Assembly: GCA_964540305.1 (NCBI GenBank)
Contig: CAZILZ010000002.1
Coordinates: forward strand, 28,330 to 92,329
Length of the DNA: 64,000 nucleotides
Origin: an uncultured Microbacteriaceae bacterium
GTDB lineage: Bacteria; Actinomycetota; Actinomycetes; Actinomycetales; Microbacteriaceae
Direction of reading: 5' to 3'
Shown here: piece by piece, positions 35,039 through 43,673 of the stretch
How positions within the stretch are numbered: the stretch's first letter is position 1
Layout of the letters: each line of letters starts with the position of its first letter
The notes under the pieces: model-generated
Databases searched by the model: none
Seen by the model: the letters and a program-made list of their open reading frames with translations, nothing else
What the model was told of the DNA's origin: nothing
Translations under genes and position numbers: made by a program

Positions 35039-35482
35039 ATGGCCACGACCACCGACCCCGCCGCCGAGCCCACCCCGGACGCCGCGGCGCAGCCCGCCGC
35101 CGAGACCGGGTCTGCGGCGACCACGACGGCCGATGCCGCAGCCGCCCCGCAGCGCTCGGGCGTGCCGAAGGCGCTCGCCATCACGGGCATCGCCGTCGGC
35201 GCGGCCCTGCTGCTCGGCCTCACCTTCGCGGGCGGCGTCGCCGTCGGCCACGTGCTGCCCGACGGCCGTGGCCCCAGCGGCCCCGGCGCGATGGGTCCGC
35301 TCGGCGATCGCGCCGAGCAGCTCGACCGCATCGGCGAGCGGGTGGAGCAGCGCATGGATGAGCGCATGGATGAGCGCATGGAGCAGCGCGACGAGCTGCG
35401 CGACGAGCGCCGTGCCGAGTTCGAGCAGTGGCTCGACGACCAGGGCATCGACCCGAGCGCTCCGGCCGAGCCCACCGAGTAG
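35039..35482 (+). CDS. Membrane-anchored acidic protein with RMDE repeats, unknown function
   Basis: GGGAG RBS. One TM helix (ALAITGIAVGAALLLGLTFAGGVAVG) and a charged helical C-terminus. Confidence 0.5.
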   Translation: MATTTDPAAEPTPDAAAQPAAETGSAATTTADAAAAPQRSGVPKALAITGIAVGAALLLGLTFAGGVAVGHVLPDGRGPSGPGAMGPLGDRAEQLDRIGERVEQRMDERMDERMEQRDELRDERRAEFEQWLDDQGIDPSAPAEPTE

Positions 35483-35503
35483 CGGCCGTCGACGTCGACC
35501 GGT

Positions 35504-36175
35504 TCAGTTGTCGAGCGAGGCGAACCGGTCGATGTCGGCCTCGGTGCCCGAGACGATGATGAGGTCGTGGTTCGAGACCACGGTCTGCTCGGTCGCGTAG
35601 GTGAACGGCTTGCCGGGGCTCTTCACGCCGACGACCGTGATGCGGTACTTCGAGCGCACCTCCGACTCGCTGAGCGAGAGCCCGCGGATCGGCTTCGGCG
35701 GGTACATCTTGACGAGCACGAAGTCGTCGTCGAACTCGATGAAGTCGATCAGTCGGCCCGACACGAGGTGGGCGACTCGCTCGCCCGCCTCGGCCTCGGG
35801 GTAGATGACATGGTTCGCGCCGATGCGGGCGAGGATCTTGCCGTGCGACTGGCTGATGGCCTTCGACCAGATCTGGGGGATCTTGAGGTCGACGAGGTTC
35901 GCGGTGATGAGCACGCTCGACTCGATCGACGAGCCCGTCGCGACGACGGCGATGCTGAACTCGTCGGCGCCGATCTGGCGCAGGGCATCCAGCGACCGGG
36001 CGTCGGCCTGCACCGCGTGGGTGACCCGTTCGGCCCACTTCTGCACGAGCGCCGGGTCTTCATCGACGGCGAGCACCTCGCGGCCCATGCGCTGCAGCTG
36101 CCCGGCGGTGGCGGCCCCGAACCGGCCCAGGCCGATGACGAGCACGGGAGCGTCGTGGCGGATTCTCTCAACCAA
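35504..36175 (-). CDS. trkA: Trk system potassium uptake protein TrkA (RCK/NAD-binding)
   Basis: VLVIGLGRFGAATA Rossmann motif plus an RCK_C domain. The track start is a TTG at 36175, and a later GTG is possible. Confidence 0.85.
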   Translation of the reverse strand: MVERIRHDAPVLVIGLGRFGAATAGQLQRMGREVLAVDEDPALVQKWAERVTHAVQADARSLDALRQIGADEFSIAVVATGSSIESSVLITANLVDLKIPQIWSKAISQSHGKILARIGANHVIYPEAEAGERVAHLVSGRLIDFIEFDDDFVLVKMYPPKPIRGLSLSESEVRSKYRITVVGVKSPGKPFTYATEQTVVSNHDLIIVSGTEADIDRFASLDN

Positions 36176-37619
36176 CGATGGGCCTCTCTTCTGCCCGGCG
36201 GAACAGCTGCCGGCGCTGACTGGCGGCGAGGGCCGCGGCGAGGGTCACTGTACCAACGCGTCCCGCCCACATGGTGGCCGCCAGCACGTACTTGGCGGCA
36301 TCGGGCAGCTCGTTGCTCGTGAGCCCCGTCGACAGCCCGCACGTCGCGAAGGCCGAGATGACGTCGAAGAGCACGAGGTCGAGCGGCGCTTTCGTGATGT
36401 GCAGGATGATGATCGACGCCGTCGCGACGATCGACGCGCCCCACAGCACGATGCTGACCGAGAGGCGCAGCACGTCGTTGGGGATGCGCCGCTCGAACGC
36501 CTCCATGTCGTCGACACCGCGCGCCTCAGCGAGGGCCGCGAAGAACAGCACGGCGAGCGTCGTCACCTTGATGCCGCCGGCGGTGGATGCCGAGCCGCCG
36601 CCCACGAACATGAGCATGTCGAGCACGAGCAGGGTCGAGCCGTTCATCTCGCCGATGTCGACCGTGCTGAGGCCGCCCGACCGCGACATGATCGAGGTGA
36701 AGACGGCCGTCATCGGCCGCACGACGCCGTCTTGCCCGCCGAGGGTCGCCGAGTTCGACCACTCGAGCACTCCGATCGCGAGCGCTCCGACGACGATGAG
36801 GATGAGCGTGGTCATGAGCGTGATGCGGGCGTGGATGCTGAGGCGGGCGCGCGTGCGCAGCCAGCGCGCGAGCGCGAAGATCACGGGGAACCCGATGGCG
36901 CCGAGGAACACCGCGATCGAGAGCACGGAGAGCATCCACGGGTCGGTCGCGAAGCGCTCCATGCCGGGGGCGAAAGGCACGAACCCGGTGTTGGTGAAGG
37001 CGGAGAGCGACAGGTAGAAGCCCTGCCAGATCGCCGTCCACGGGTCGAAGCCCTCGAGCAGCAGCCGCGGCACGACGAGCGCGGTGATGGCGAGCTCGAT
37101 GACGATCGCGCTCGCCGCGACCGTGAAGAGCAGCCCGCCGATCTCGCCGAGGCGCACGGCCTGCGACTCGGAGACGGGGCCGCCGTGCACGCGCGCGGCG
37201 TTGGTGTCGCTCGCGGCCATGAGCTTCGCGCGCAGACCGATGCGCCGCGCCACGATGAGGCCCAGGATGCTCGCCATCGTCAGCACGCCGATGCCGCCGA
37301 TCTGCATCGCGAGGATGATGACGATGGTGCCGAAGGGCGACCAGTAGCTCGCCATGTCGACCGTCGTGAGACCCGTGACGCAGACGGCCGAGACCGCCGT
37401 GAAGAAGGCGTCGGCGAGCGGTGCGCTCGAGCCCGCGCCGGCCTTCGCGATCGGCAGCGTGAGTAGCAGCGTCGTGATGAGGATGAGGCCCGTGAAGATG
37501 AGGATCGCGAAGCGCGCGGGCGATGCCGTGGCCGCCTCGCTGAGGGCCGACCAGGTGCGCACGAGCGGGTTTCCGCGCTCGTCGATCCGGTTGCCGCGGA
37601 TGCGGTTGCTCGTGGCCAT
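36168..37619 (-). CDS. trkH: TrkH-family potassium transporter membrane subunit
   Basis: 483 aa, polytopic, with repeated pore-loop GGxS/TG-like motifs (VGGGSASTAGGIKV). Overlaps the trkA start. Confidence 0.85.
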   Translation of the reverse strand: MATSNRIRGNRIDERGNPLVRTWSALSEAATASPARFAILIFTGLILITTLLLTLPIAKAGAGSSAPLADAFFTAVSAVCVTGLTTVDMASYWSPFGTIVIILAMQIGGIGVLTMASILGLIVARRIGLRAKLMAASDTNAARVHGGPVSESQAVRLGEIGGLLFTVAASAIVIELAITALVVPRLLLEGFDPWTAIWQGFYLSLSAFTNTGFVPFAPGMERFATDPWMLSVLSIAVFLGAIGFPVIFALARWLRTRARLSIHARITLMTTLILIVVGALAIGVLEWSNSATLGGQDGVVRPMTAVFTSIMSRSGGLSTVDIGEMNGSTLLVLDMLMFVGGGSASTAGGIKVTTLAVLFFAALAEARGVDDMEAFERRIPNDVLRLSVSIVLWGASIVATASIIILHITKAPLDLVLFDVISAFATCGLSTGLTSNELPDAAKYVLAATMWAGRVGTVTLAAALAASQRRQLFRRAEERPIVG

Positions 37620-37687
37620 CGACGCTCCTCCCGGCCCGCGGACCGCGTGCCATGGTACTCCCGGGCCGGGCTGACTAGCCTGGTGCC

Positions 37688-38179
37688 ATGGCCGACATCT
37701 TCGACGTGATCGCCGACTCCACCCGTCGGGAACTCCTCCAGCACCTGCTCGACGCCTCCCTGCGGGGTGACGGCGGCACGGGCGAGCTCAGTGTGAGCGA
37801 GCTCGTCGAGCGCATGGATGCCACGCAGCCGACGGTCTCGAAGCACCTCAAGGTGCTGCGCGATCACGGGCTCGTGACGGTGCGCGAAGAGGGGCAGCAC
37901 CGGTACTACGCGGTCGACCCCTCGCCCCTGGAAGACGTCGAAGACTGGGTGATCCCCTTCCTGAGCGCCGACTTCGATCCCGCCGCCGACGGCTCGCCGG
38001 CATTCGCCGCCTGGTCGGGCGCCGACGTCTCGGGCGCGGGCAGCACCGTCGGCCGGGTCGCTGCCGACGCCTCGCACCAGGCGCGCACGATCATCGAGGG
38101 CGCGCAGGAGAAGCTGCACGACGTGCAGGAGGCCGTCACGAAGCGGCTGCCCTGGAAGAACCACGACGACGCACGCTGA
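37688..38179 (+). CDS. ArsR/SmtB-family transcriptional regulator with a C-terminal extension
   Basis: IFDVIADSTRRELLQHLL...SVSELVERMDATQPTVSKHLKVLRDHGLVTVREEGQHRYY. Confidence 0.8.
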   Translation: MADIFDVIADSTRRELLQHLLDASLRGDGGTGELSVSELVERMDATQPTVSKHLKVLRDHGLVTVREEGQHRYYAVDPSPLEDVEDWVIPFLSADFDPAADGSPAFAAWSGADVSGAGSTVGRVAADASHQARTIIEGAQEKLHDVQEAVTKRLPWKNHDDAR

Positions 38180-38286
38180 TCCCCCTCCTTCGGGCGTCTT
38201 TACACGAGTCACACCAGCCCCTACTCTGAACTCCGTGCACATGCGCCACGAGGGCGCTGGGTGCGTGAGCGACAGGACGACAGCCG

Positions 38287-38481
38287 ATGGCCCGGGATCT
38301 CTCTGAGGTGCGGTTCCTCACCGTCGCCGAAGTCGCCGATATGATGCGCGTCTCGACGATGACGGTGTACCGCATGGTGCACGCCGGCGATCTGCCCGCG
38401 ATCCGATTCGGGCGCAGCTTCCGCATCCCCGAATCGGCGGTCGCGACGGCCATCGAGACGCCCATCGCCGACGTCGGCTAG
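38287..38481 (+). CDS. Excisionase-family helix-turn-helix DNA-binding protein
   Basis: FLTVAEVADMMRVSTMTVYRMVHAGDLPAIRFGRSFRIPESAV. A conserved actinobacterial neighbour of the bS22 gene. Confidence 0.75.
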   Translation: MARDLSEVRFLTVAEVADMMRVSTMTVYRMVHAGDLPAIRFGRSFRIPESAVATAIETPIADVG

Positions 38482-38551
38482 ACTCGGTCGGTACATGACA
38501 CGGTCCTGAACGGGCCGTTGCTCCCGTTCAGTCGACGATCAGAGGATTTCC

Positions 38552-38650
38552 ATGGGTTCTGTCATCAAGAAGCGCCGCAAGCGGATGGCCAAGAAGAAGC
38601 ACCGCAAGCTGCTGCGCAAGACGCGTCACCAGCGTCGCAACAAGAAGTAG
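38552..38650 (+). CDS. 30S ribosomal protein bS22 (AURKAIP1/COX24-like, 32 aa)
   Basis: Absent from the ORF track because it is under 60 aa. My translation is [32 protein letters not shown], with AGAGGA 5 nt upstream of the ATG. Confidence 0.85.
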   Translation: MGSVIKKRRKRMAKKKHRKLLRKTRHQRRNKK

Positions 38651-38686
38651 GGCATCCGCCCGTGCAGTGAGGGCATCCGCCCGGCG

Positions 38687-38714
38687 AAGCGCTCGACCGT
38701 GAGGTCGGGCGCTT
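38687..38714. terminator. Hairpin between the convergent bS22 and HAD-IB genes
   Basis: AAGCGC-T-CGACC GTGA GGTCG-G-GCGCTT: a 12-bp stem including one G.T pair, with a GTGA tetraloop. Confidence 0.6.
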
Positions 38715-38717
38715 TCG

Positions 38718-39473
38718 TCATGTGCCCGACGAGCGGCGGGATGCCCGCGGGCGGTCGTGCATGACCGGCCAGCCGCGCGCCTGCGCGTAGCGGGCCAGCG
38801 CGGCATCGGGGTTCACGACCTGCTGATGGCCCACGAGCTCGAGCAGGGGGATGTCGTTGCGCGAGTCGCTGTACGCCCAGCAGTCGGCGAGCCGCACGCT
38901 CTTCTCGCCCGCGAGCCGCCCGGCCGCGTCGGCCTTGTGCCCGCCGTGCATGACGGGCCCGACGAGCGCTCCGGTGAAGGTGCCGTCGACGCTCTCGATG
39001 CGCGTGCCGATCGCTCCGGTGAGGCCGAGCCGTTCGGCGATGACGCGCGCGCACGCTTCGGGCGTCGCCGTGATGAGCCACACCTCGTGTCCCTGAGCGA
39101 GGTGGTCGCGGGCGCGCTCGACCACGGCGGGCAGCAGCAGGGCCTGCAAGTAGGCGTCGTAGGTCTCTTCGGCGATCTCTTCGAGCTCGGCGACCGAGTG
39201 CCCCGCGACGAGCTCGAGCGCACGGTCGCGCACCGCGAGCTGATGACGGTGGTTCTCGCCGACCGAGGTGAAGCGCGCCTGCTGCCAGGCGAAGCGGCTG
39301 AGGTCGCGCCAGCCCAGGTGGCCGCGCTTCCAGGCGATGCGCCCCAGGTGGTACACGCTCGCTCCGCGCATGAGCGTGTTGTCGACGTCGAAGAACGCGA
39401 GCACGGGCGCGGGCGCGGAAGGGTGCTCGCCGGGGCCGGCGTCGCTGACGGGGGTGGGCATCCCGACCAGCAT
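38718..39473 (-). CDS. HAD-IB family hydrolase (SerB-like phosphatase family)
   Basis: FFDVDNTLM (DxDxT) and C-terminal YSDSRNDIPLL. Start ambiguous (39473 or 39461). Confidence 0.78.
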   Translation of the reverse strand: MLVGMPTPVSDAGPGEHPSAPAPVLAFFDVDNTLMRGASVYHLGRIAWKRGHLGWRDLSRFAWQQARFTSVGENHRHQLAVRDRALELVAGHSVAELEEIAEETYDAYLQALLLPAVVERARDHLAQGHEVWLITATPEACARVIAERLGLTGAIGTRIESVDGTFTGALVGPVMHGGHKADAAGRLAGEKSVRLADCWAYSDSRNDIPLLELVGHQQVVNPDAALARYAQARGWPVMHDRPRASRRSSGT

Positions 39474-39496
39474 AGGCAGGTGCCTAGGCTGGGGGC

Positions 39497-39751
39497 GTGC
39501 CCTCCGTCACCGTGACCCTCATCGGCAAGCCCGGCTGCCACCTGTGCGACGACGCGCGCGCCGTCGTCACCGAGGTGGTCGCGGGCCGCGAGGGCGTCGA
39601 GCTCGTCGAGCTCTCGATCGTCGACGACGACGCGCTGCACGCGCGGTACTGGGACGAGATTCCTGTCGTGCTCCTCGACGACGCCGTGCACACCATCTAT
39701 CGAGTGGATGCCGAGCGCCTGCGGGCGGCGCTCGCCGAGAGGGGTCACTGA
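39497..39751 (+). CDS. Glutaredoxin-like protein (DUF836 type)
   Basis: 84 aa, CHLC (CxxC) motif near the N-terminus, thioredoxin-fold length. GTG start. Confidence 0.7.
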   Translation: MPSVTVTLIGKPGCHLCDDARAVVTEVVAGREGVELVELSIVDDDALHARYWDEIPVVLLDDAVHTIYRVDAERLRAALAERGH

Positions 39752-40464
39752 TGTGCGGTCGCTACGCCAACACCAAGAGCGGCGAAGAGCTCGGGCAGTA
39801 CTTCGAGGCGGATGAGGTCGACGACGTCGCGATGCCGCCGAGCTGGAACATCGCGCCGACGCAGCAGGTGCCGATCGTCGTCGACCGGGTGCCGAAGGAC
39901 GACCCCGACGGGATGCCCTCCCGCCTCGTCACCGCGGCACGCTGGTCGCTCGTGCCGCGGTGGGCGACCGAGCTCGCCTCGCCGTACCCCACGTTCAACG
40001 CCCGCAGCGAGACCGTGCACGAGAAGAACACCTTCAAGGGCCCCCTCGTGCGCTCGCGGGCGATCCTGCCCGCCGACGGCTACTACGAGTGGCACACGGT
40101 CGGCTCGACCAAGACCCCGCACTACATCACCGACCCCGAGGCCGGCGAGCTCGCCTTCGCGGGGCTCTACTCGTGGTGGCGGGCGCCTTTCCCCGAGGGC
40201 GGCACTCCCACGCCGTGGGTGCTGACGGCGACGATGCTCACGCGGGCGGCGCACGGGCCGGCGGCGAGCATCCACGATCGCGCTCCCGTCATGCTGCCGC
40301 GCGAGGTGTGGGACGAATGGCTCGACCCCACGATCGAGGGCGATGAATCGCTCGTCGAGATGGTGGTGGCCGAGAGCGAGGCCGTGCTCGAGCGGCTCGA
40401 GCTGCACGCGGTGGCGCCGCTCAAGGGCGACGGCCCCCAGCTCATCGAGCCGATCGGCACGTGA
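39751..40464 (+). CDS. SOS response-associated peptidase (SRAP/YedK family, abasic-site processing)
   Basis: MCGRY N-terminus (catalytic Cys2), WNIAPTQ and PADGYYEW motifs. The ATG overlaps the glutaredoxin-like stop (TGATG). The 160-aa upstream part of the track ORF was rejected. Confidence 0.85.
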   Translation: MCGRYANTKSGEELGQYFEADEVDDVAMPPSWNIAPTQQVPIVVDRVPKDDPDGMPSRLVTAARWSLVPRWATELASPYPTFNARSETVHEKNTFKGPLVRSRAILPADGYYEWHTVGSTKTPHYITDPEAGELAFAGLYSWWRAPFPEGGTPTPWVLTATMLTRAAHGPAASIHDRAPVMLPREVWDEWLDPTIEGDESLVEMVVAESEAVLERLELHAVAPLKGDGPQLIEPIGT

Positions 40465-40480
40465 CAGGCCAGCGCCTGAT

Positions 40481-41014
40481 TCAGCACTCGCCCCAGAGCC
40501 CGAGCCCCGCACGCTGAGCATCGCGCTCGGCCGCGACGAGGTCGTCGTAGTAGCGGTCGTTGGGCTCGACCAGCAGGGCCTCGGCGTAGCCCTGCGCGAC
40601 GAGCTCGTAGTTGAGGAAGGTGCCGTCGGCGGCGAACAGGTACATCAGCTCGCGGTCGTAGCGGTCGCGCGGGTCGCGGCCGTACGCGAAGGCGAGGGTG
40701 CTGCCCAGGGGCGCGAGCTCGGCGAGCGCGTCTTCGGCCTCGGGCCCGAAGCACTCGACCTCGGGGTAGACCTCCGGGGTGTCGATGCCGACGAGGCGCA
40801 CGCGCAGCTCGACGCCGTCGACCTCGAGGCGCAGGGTGTCGCCATCGGTGATGCCCGTGACGGTGCCGCTGCCCTCGGCCGTTGCGGCGGGCGACCCCGG
40901 CGCGCCGGGCTGCAGCGGCGAGCTCGTGCCGCCCGATTCGAGGCAGCCGTCGAGCGAGCCGATGACCCCGACGAGAGCGACGAGGGCGAGCGGGCGCAAG
41001 ACGGCGGCGATCAT
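40481..41014 (-). CDS. Thermonuclease (SNase) family lipoprotein
   Basis: Lipobox SLDGC. VTGITDGDTL...VRLVGIDTPE...RYDRELMYLF...GYA, typical of micrococcal nuclease homologues. Confidence 0.8.
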   Translation of the reverse strand: MIAAVLRPLALVALVGVIGSLDGCLESGGTSSPLQPGAPGSPAATAEGSGTVTGITDGDTLRLEVDGVELRVRLVGIDTPEVYPEVECFGPEAEDALAELAPLGSTLAFAYGRDPRDRYDRELMYLFAADGTFLNYELVAQGYAEALLVEPNDRYYDDLVAAERDAQRAGLGLWGEC

Positions 41015-41111
41015 GCTGTGAGGCTACCGGGCGCCCCCTGACACGGCGCGCGGCCGGGGTTAGGCTGGCGGCGCACGGTGGGCGGAGCAGCCCGGTCAGC
41101 GAAGGAGCACC

Positions 41112-41627
41112 ATGGCAACGGCATCCTCGGGCGGCATCGACCCCCGGTATCCGTCGGGCTTCCAGCGGGGTGGCGCGGCGCAGGCCCCCGTTGTCGACGA
41201 GGCGGCGACCGTGCGCGGCACGACTGCTCCGACCGTCCGCACGCCCGGCGCGGGCCGGGCTGCGCGCTCGGCCGCCGTACCGGCACCGGGGCCCGCCGCC
41301 GAGCTCGACGGCGCCCTCGTCGAGCCCGCCGACGAGCGCCATTTCGAGCTCATCGTCGCGGGCAACCCGTGGCTGCGCTCGCTGTGGATCGTCGGAACGA
41401 TCGCGACGCTCATCGGCTTCGCCCTCACCGTCTACGCCGAGTTCGCCTTCAGCGTGCCGCCCGCGTCGGGCATCTACGACCCGAGCGTCTACGTCGTGCC
41501 GCGCATCGCCGAGGCCGTGGCGCAGCCGCTCATCATCGCGGGCGTCATCGCCCTTGTGTCAGCGACTGCCCTGCGCATCGTCGCGTGGCGGCCGAGCCGC
41601 ATCCGCGAGGTCATCAGCGAGAAGTAG
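41112..41627 (+). CDS. Hypothetical membrane protein (2 TM)
   Basis: GAAGGAG RBS. Disordered N-terminus followed by two hydrophobic helices. Confidence 0.5.
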   Translation: MATASSGGIDPRYPSGFQRGGAAQAPVVDEAATVRGTTAPTVRTPGAGRAARSAAVPAPGPAAELDGALVEPADERHFELIVAGNPWLRSLWIVGTIATLIGFALTVYAEFAFSVPPASGIYDPSVYVVPRIAEAVAQPLIIAGVIALVSATALRIVAWRPSRIREVISEK

Positions 41628-41668
41628 GCGCAGTGGGGGTGCGGTGTCACTCCGCACCCCCACTCTCG

Positions 41669-42559
41669 TCAGAACTCGGCGACGATCGACCAGGTGGCTC
41701 CCCGGTCATCCGATCGGTGAACTCCGTCGAGTCCGGCGGCCACGAGGGTTCCCCGACGACCCACCGCGATGGCTTCCGTACCGGGGGGAGCGAGCCCTGC
41801 GGGGGTCCAGGTCTCACCGTCGGCGCTCAGATGCACCCGACCATCGAGATCGAGCCCCATGAGCAACCCACCCGTCGGGGTACTGGGCGGTGGAGCCGAA
41901 ATCAGGAGCAGCACAGGGGCGCTGTCGACAAGAGTGAACGTCGCTCCATCATCGATGCTGACCTGGAGGCCTTGCTCTGTCGTGGCGAACAGATGCTCGG
42001 CATCCGCATCCCAGCTCACGGATCGTGCTCCGAGCGCAGCGCCAGCACTCCACGTCGCACCGCCGTCGCGACTCACCACCACGCGCCCGGTGACCGAGTC
42101 GATCCCCGCGAGAGCGGTACTCCCGTCAGCCGCGGCCATCACGGCCATACTGTGGAAGTCCGCGTCGCCCTCGAGCGCGAGCGAAGCGAACTCGGCCCCG
42201 CTCCTGTCAGTGGTGTAGACGCCGATGTTCATCGGCGCGTCGGTGTCCGGTGCGGGATGACCGGAGAGGTAAATGGTGTCGTCGAGCCTCGCCATGCCCA
42301 TCACGTCGCCCCGCCATGCTCCGAGGCGCTCGACCGATCCGACTCCGCCGACGCGAACATCGTCGGCACCCGATTCGACCGTCGCGCGAAGGATTCCTTC
42401 GTGCGTCGCGAGGTAGATGTCACCGCTCTCATCGTCGATATCGACTGCGTGCAGGTGGGAAACGACGATCGGCGGTTCTGAGGTCGTTGCTGAGCACCCG
42501 GCGAGCACGACGGAGAGGGCGGCGACCGCGCCAGCGGCCGCCGCACCTGTCCGCCGCAT
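41669..42559 (-). CDS. Lipoprotein with Asp-box (BNR) repeats, beta-propeller-like
   Basis: Lipobox VLAGC. Four Asp-box-like motifs (SRDGGATWS, SIDDGATFT, SADGETWT, SDDRGATWS). The ATG at 42559 overlaps the stop of the DUF305 gene. The track N-terminal extension was rejected. Confidence 0.7.
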   Translation of the reverse strand: MRRTGAAAAGAVAALSVVLAGCSATTSEPPIVVSHLHAVDIDDESGDIYLATHEGILRATVESGADDVRVGGVGSVERLGAWRGDVMGMARLDDTIYLSGHPAPDTDAPMNIGVYTTDRSGAEFASLALEGDADFHSMAVMAAADGSTALAGIDSVTGRVVVSRDGGATWSAGAALGARSVSWDADAEHLFATTEQGLQVSIDDGATFTLVDSAPVLLLISAPPPSTPTGGLLMGLDLDGRVHLSADGETWTPAGLAPPGTEAIAVGRRGTLVAAGLDGVHRSDDRGATWSIVAEF

Positions 42560-43152
42560 CAGGAGTCGAGCATCGAGCGCATGCGCTCGATCTCCGCGGC
42601 CTGACTCGAGACGATGTTCTCGGCCAGCTGTCGCACCTCGGGGTGTTCGCCATCGTCGAGCACATCCTCGGCCATCTCGATGGCGCCTTCGTGGTGCACG
42701 ATCATCAGCTCGAGAAAGAGCTCTTCCGCTTCCGGCCCGCTCGCGGCCTCGAGCGACTCGAGGTCGTCCTCGGTCATGCCGTCCATCCCCCCCATGCCGT
42801 CCATGCCGCCGTGGTCCATGCCGTCCATGCCGCCATCGGCGTTCATTTCCGGCATGCCCCAGTCGTCGAGCCATGCCTTCATCTGCTCGATCTCAGGACC
42901 TTGCGCCGCCTTGATCTCCTCGGCCAGCTCCGCGACGTCAGGATCGATTCCGGACTTGGCGAGCAGGATGTCGCTCATCTCGATCGCACCCTCGTGGTGC
43001 GGGATCATCATCTGCACGAACATGACGTCGGCCATGTTGGCGCCGGAGTCCTCAGCGGGTTCAGCCGTCGGCGCACAGGCGGCGAGACCGAGCGCCGTGA
43101 CGAGAGCGAGCGCGCTGGTCGTGATCGCGCGCACGCGGAATGTCTTCTTCAT
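42559..43152 (-). CDS. DUF305-family lipoprotein (four-helix-bundle, copper/metal-stress associated family)
   Basis: Lipobox LAAC. Duplicated MIPHHEGAIEM / MIVHHEGAIEMA motifs. Confidence 0.75.
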   Translation of the reverse strand: MKKTFRVRAITTSALALVTALGLAACAPTAEPAEDSGANMADVMFVQMMIPHHEGAIEMSDILLAKSGIDPDVAELAEEIKAAQGPEIEQMKAWLDDWGMPEMNADGGMDGMDHGGMDGMGGMDGMTEDDLESLEAASGPEAEELFLELMIVHHEGAIEMAEDVLDDGEHPEVRQLAENIVSSQAAEIERMRSMLDS

Positions 43153-43226
43153 GTCTTCTTCTACTTTCGTCGTGAGTGAATGTTCGATCGCAACGGTGAC
43201 GGGCGATGCCGCCACCCCGCGCTCAT

Positions 43227-43670
43227 TCACTGGCGACTGATGCAGAGCTCTGCGAGATCCGGCGGACGCGGTTCGGCCATCCCGCGCGGTGCGTGACCGT
43301 GCAGCGACACCCCGGGCGCCGCGACGCCGAATCGCATCGCGAGAAGGGGAACCAGAACGCCGACAACGACGATCAGGGCGAGAAAGGCGCAGGCCACGGC
43401 GAGGCCTGCGTGGTCCTCATGGCAATCGGCGCACAGCGCTTCCGCCAGGGTGCTTCCTTCGGAATCGACGTGGGGCGCTGCCGAAGAGACGTCAGCGTGC
43501 GGAGCGTGCGCGACGCTCGAGATCATGGGCGGCGTCGATGCAGTGGTGTGGGGTGCCAGCGTCGAACCGTGCGCGCTCATGGCGATGCCGACGACGGCGA
43601 GCGCTGCGATAAGCAGCACATACGCGACGCGCCTCACCATGACGAGTACCTCCAGGGGGTATCTTCTCAC
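43227..43670 (-). CDS. Small membrane protein with His/Cys-rich segments (possible metal-related)
   Basis: Two TM helices. HAPHADV, CADCHEDH and HGH motifs. Upstream of the DUF305 gene on the same strand. An alternative start at 43640 is possible. Confidence 0.5.
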   Translation of the reverse strand: MRRYPLEVLVMVRRVAYVLLIAALAVVGIAMSAHGSTLAPHTTASTPPMISSVAHAPHADVSSAAPHVDSEGSTLAEALCADCHEDHAGLAVACAFLALIVVVGVLVPLLAMRFGVAAPGVSLHGHAPRGMAEPRPPDLAELCISRQ

Positions 43671-43673
43671 GCC

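Noticed and set aside
34055-35251. Upstream 400 aa of the 495-aa minus-strand ORF 33764-35251
   Set aside because: It is antisense to proC and the following membrane-protein gene, with a spurious composition. Only the last 96 codons have an RBS and a domain-like sequence.
35339-35386. Four imperfect 12-bp repeats (CGCATGGATGAG-like) encoding RVEQ-RMDE-RMDE-RMEQ
   Set aside because: This is a real but trivial in-frame low-complexity repeat inside a hypothetical protein gene. Nothing suggests a special function.
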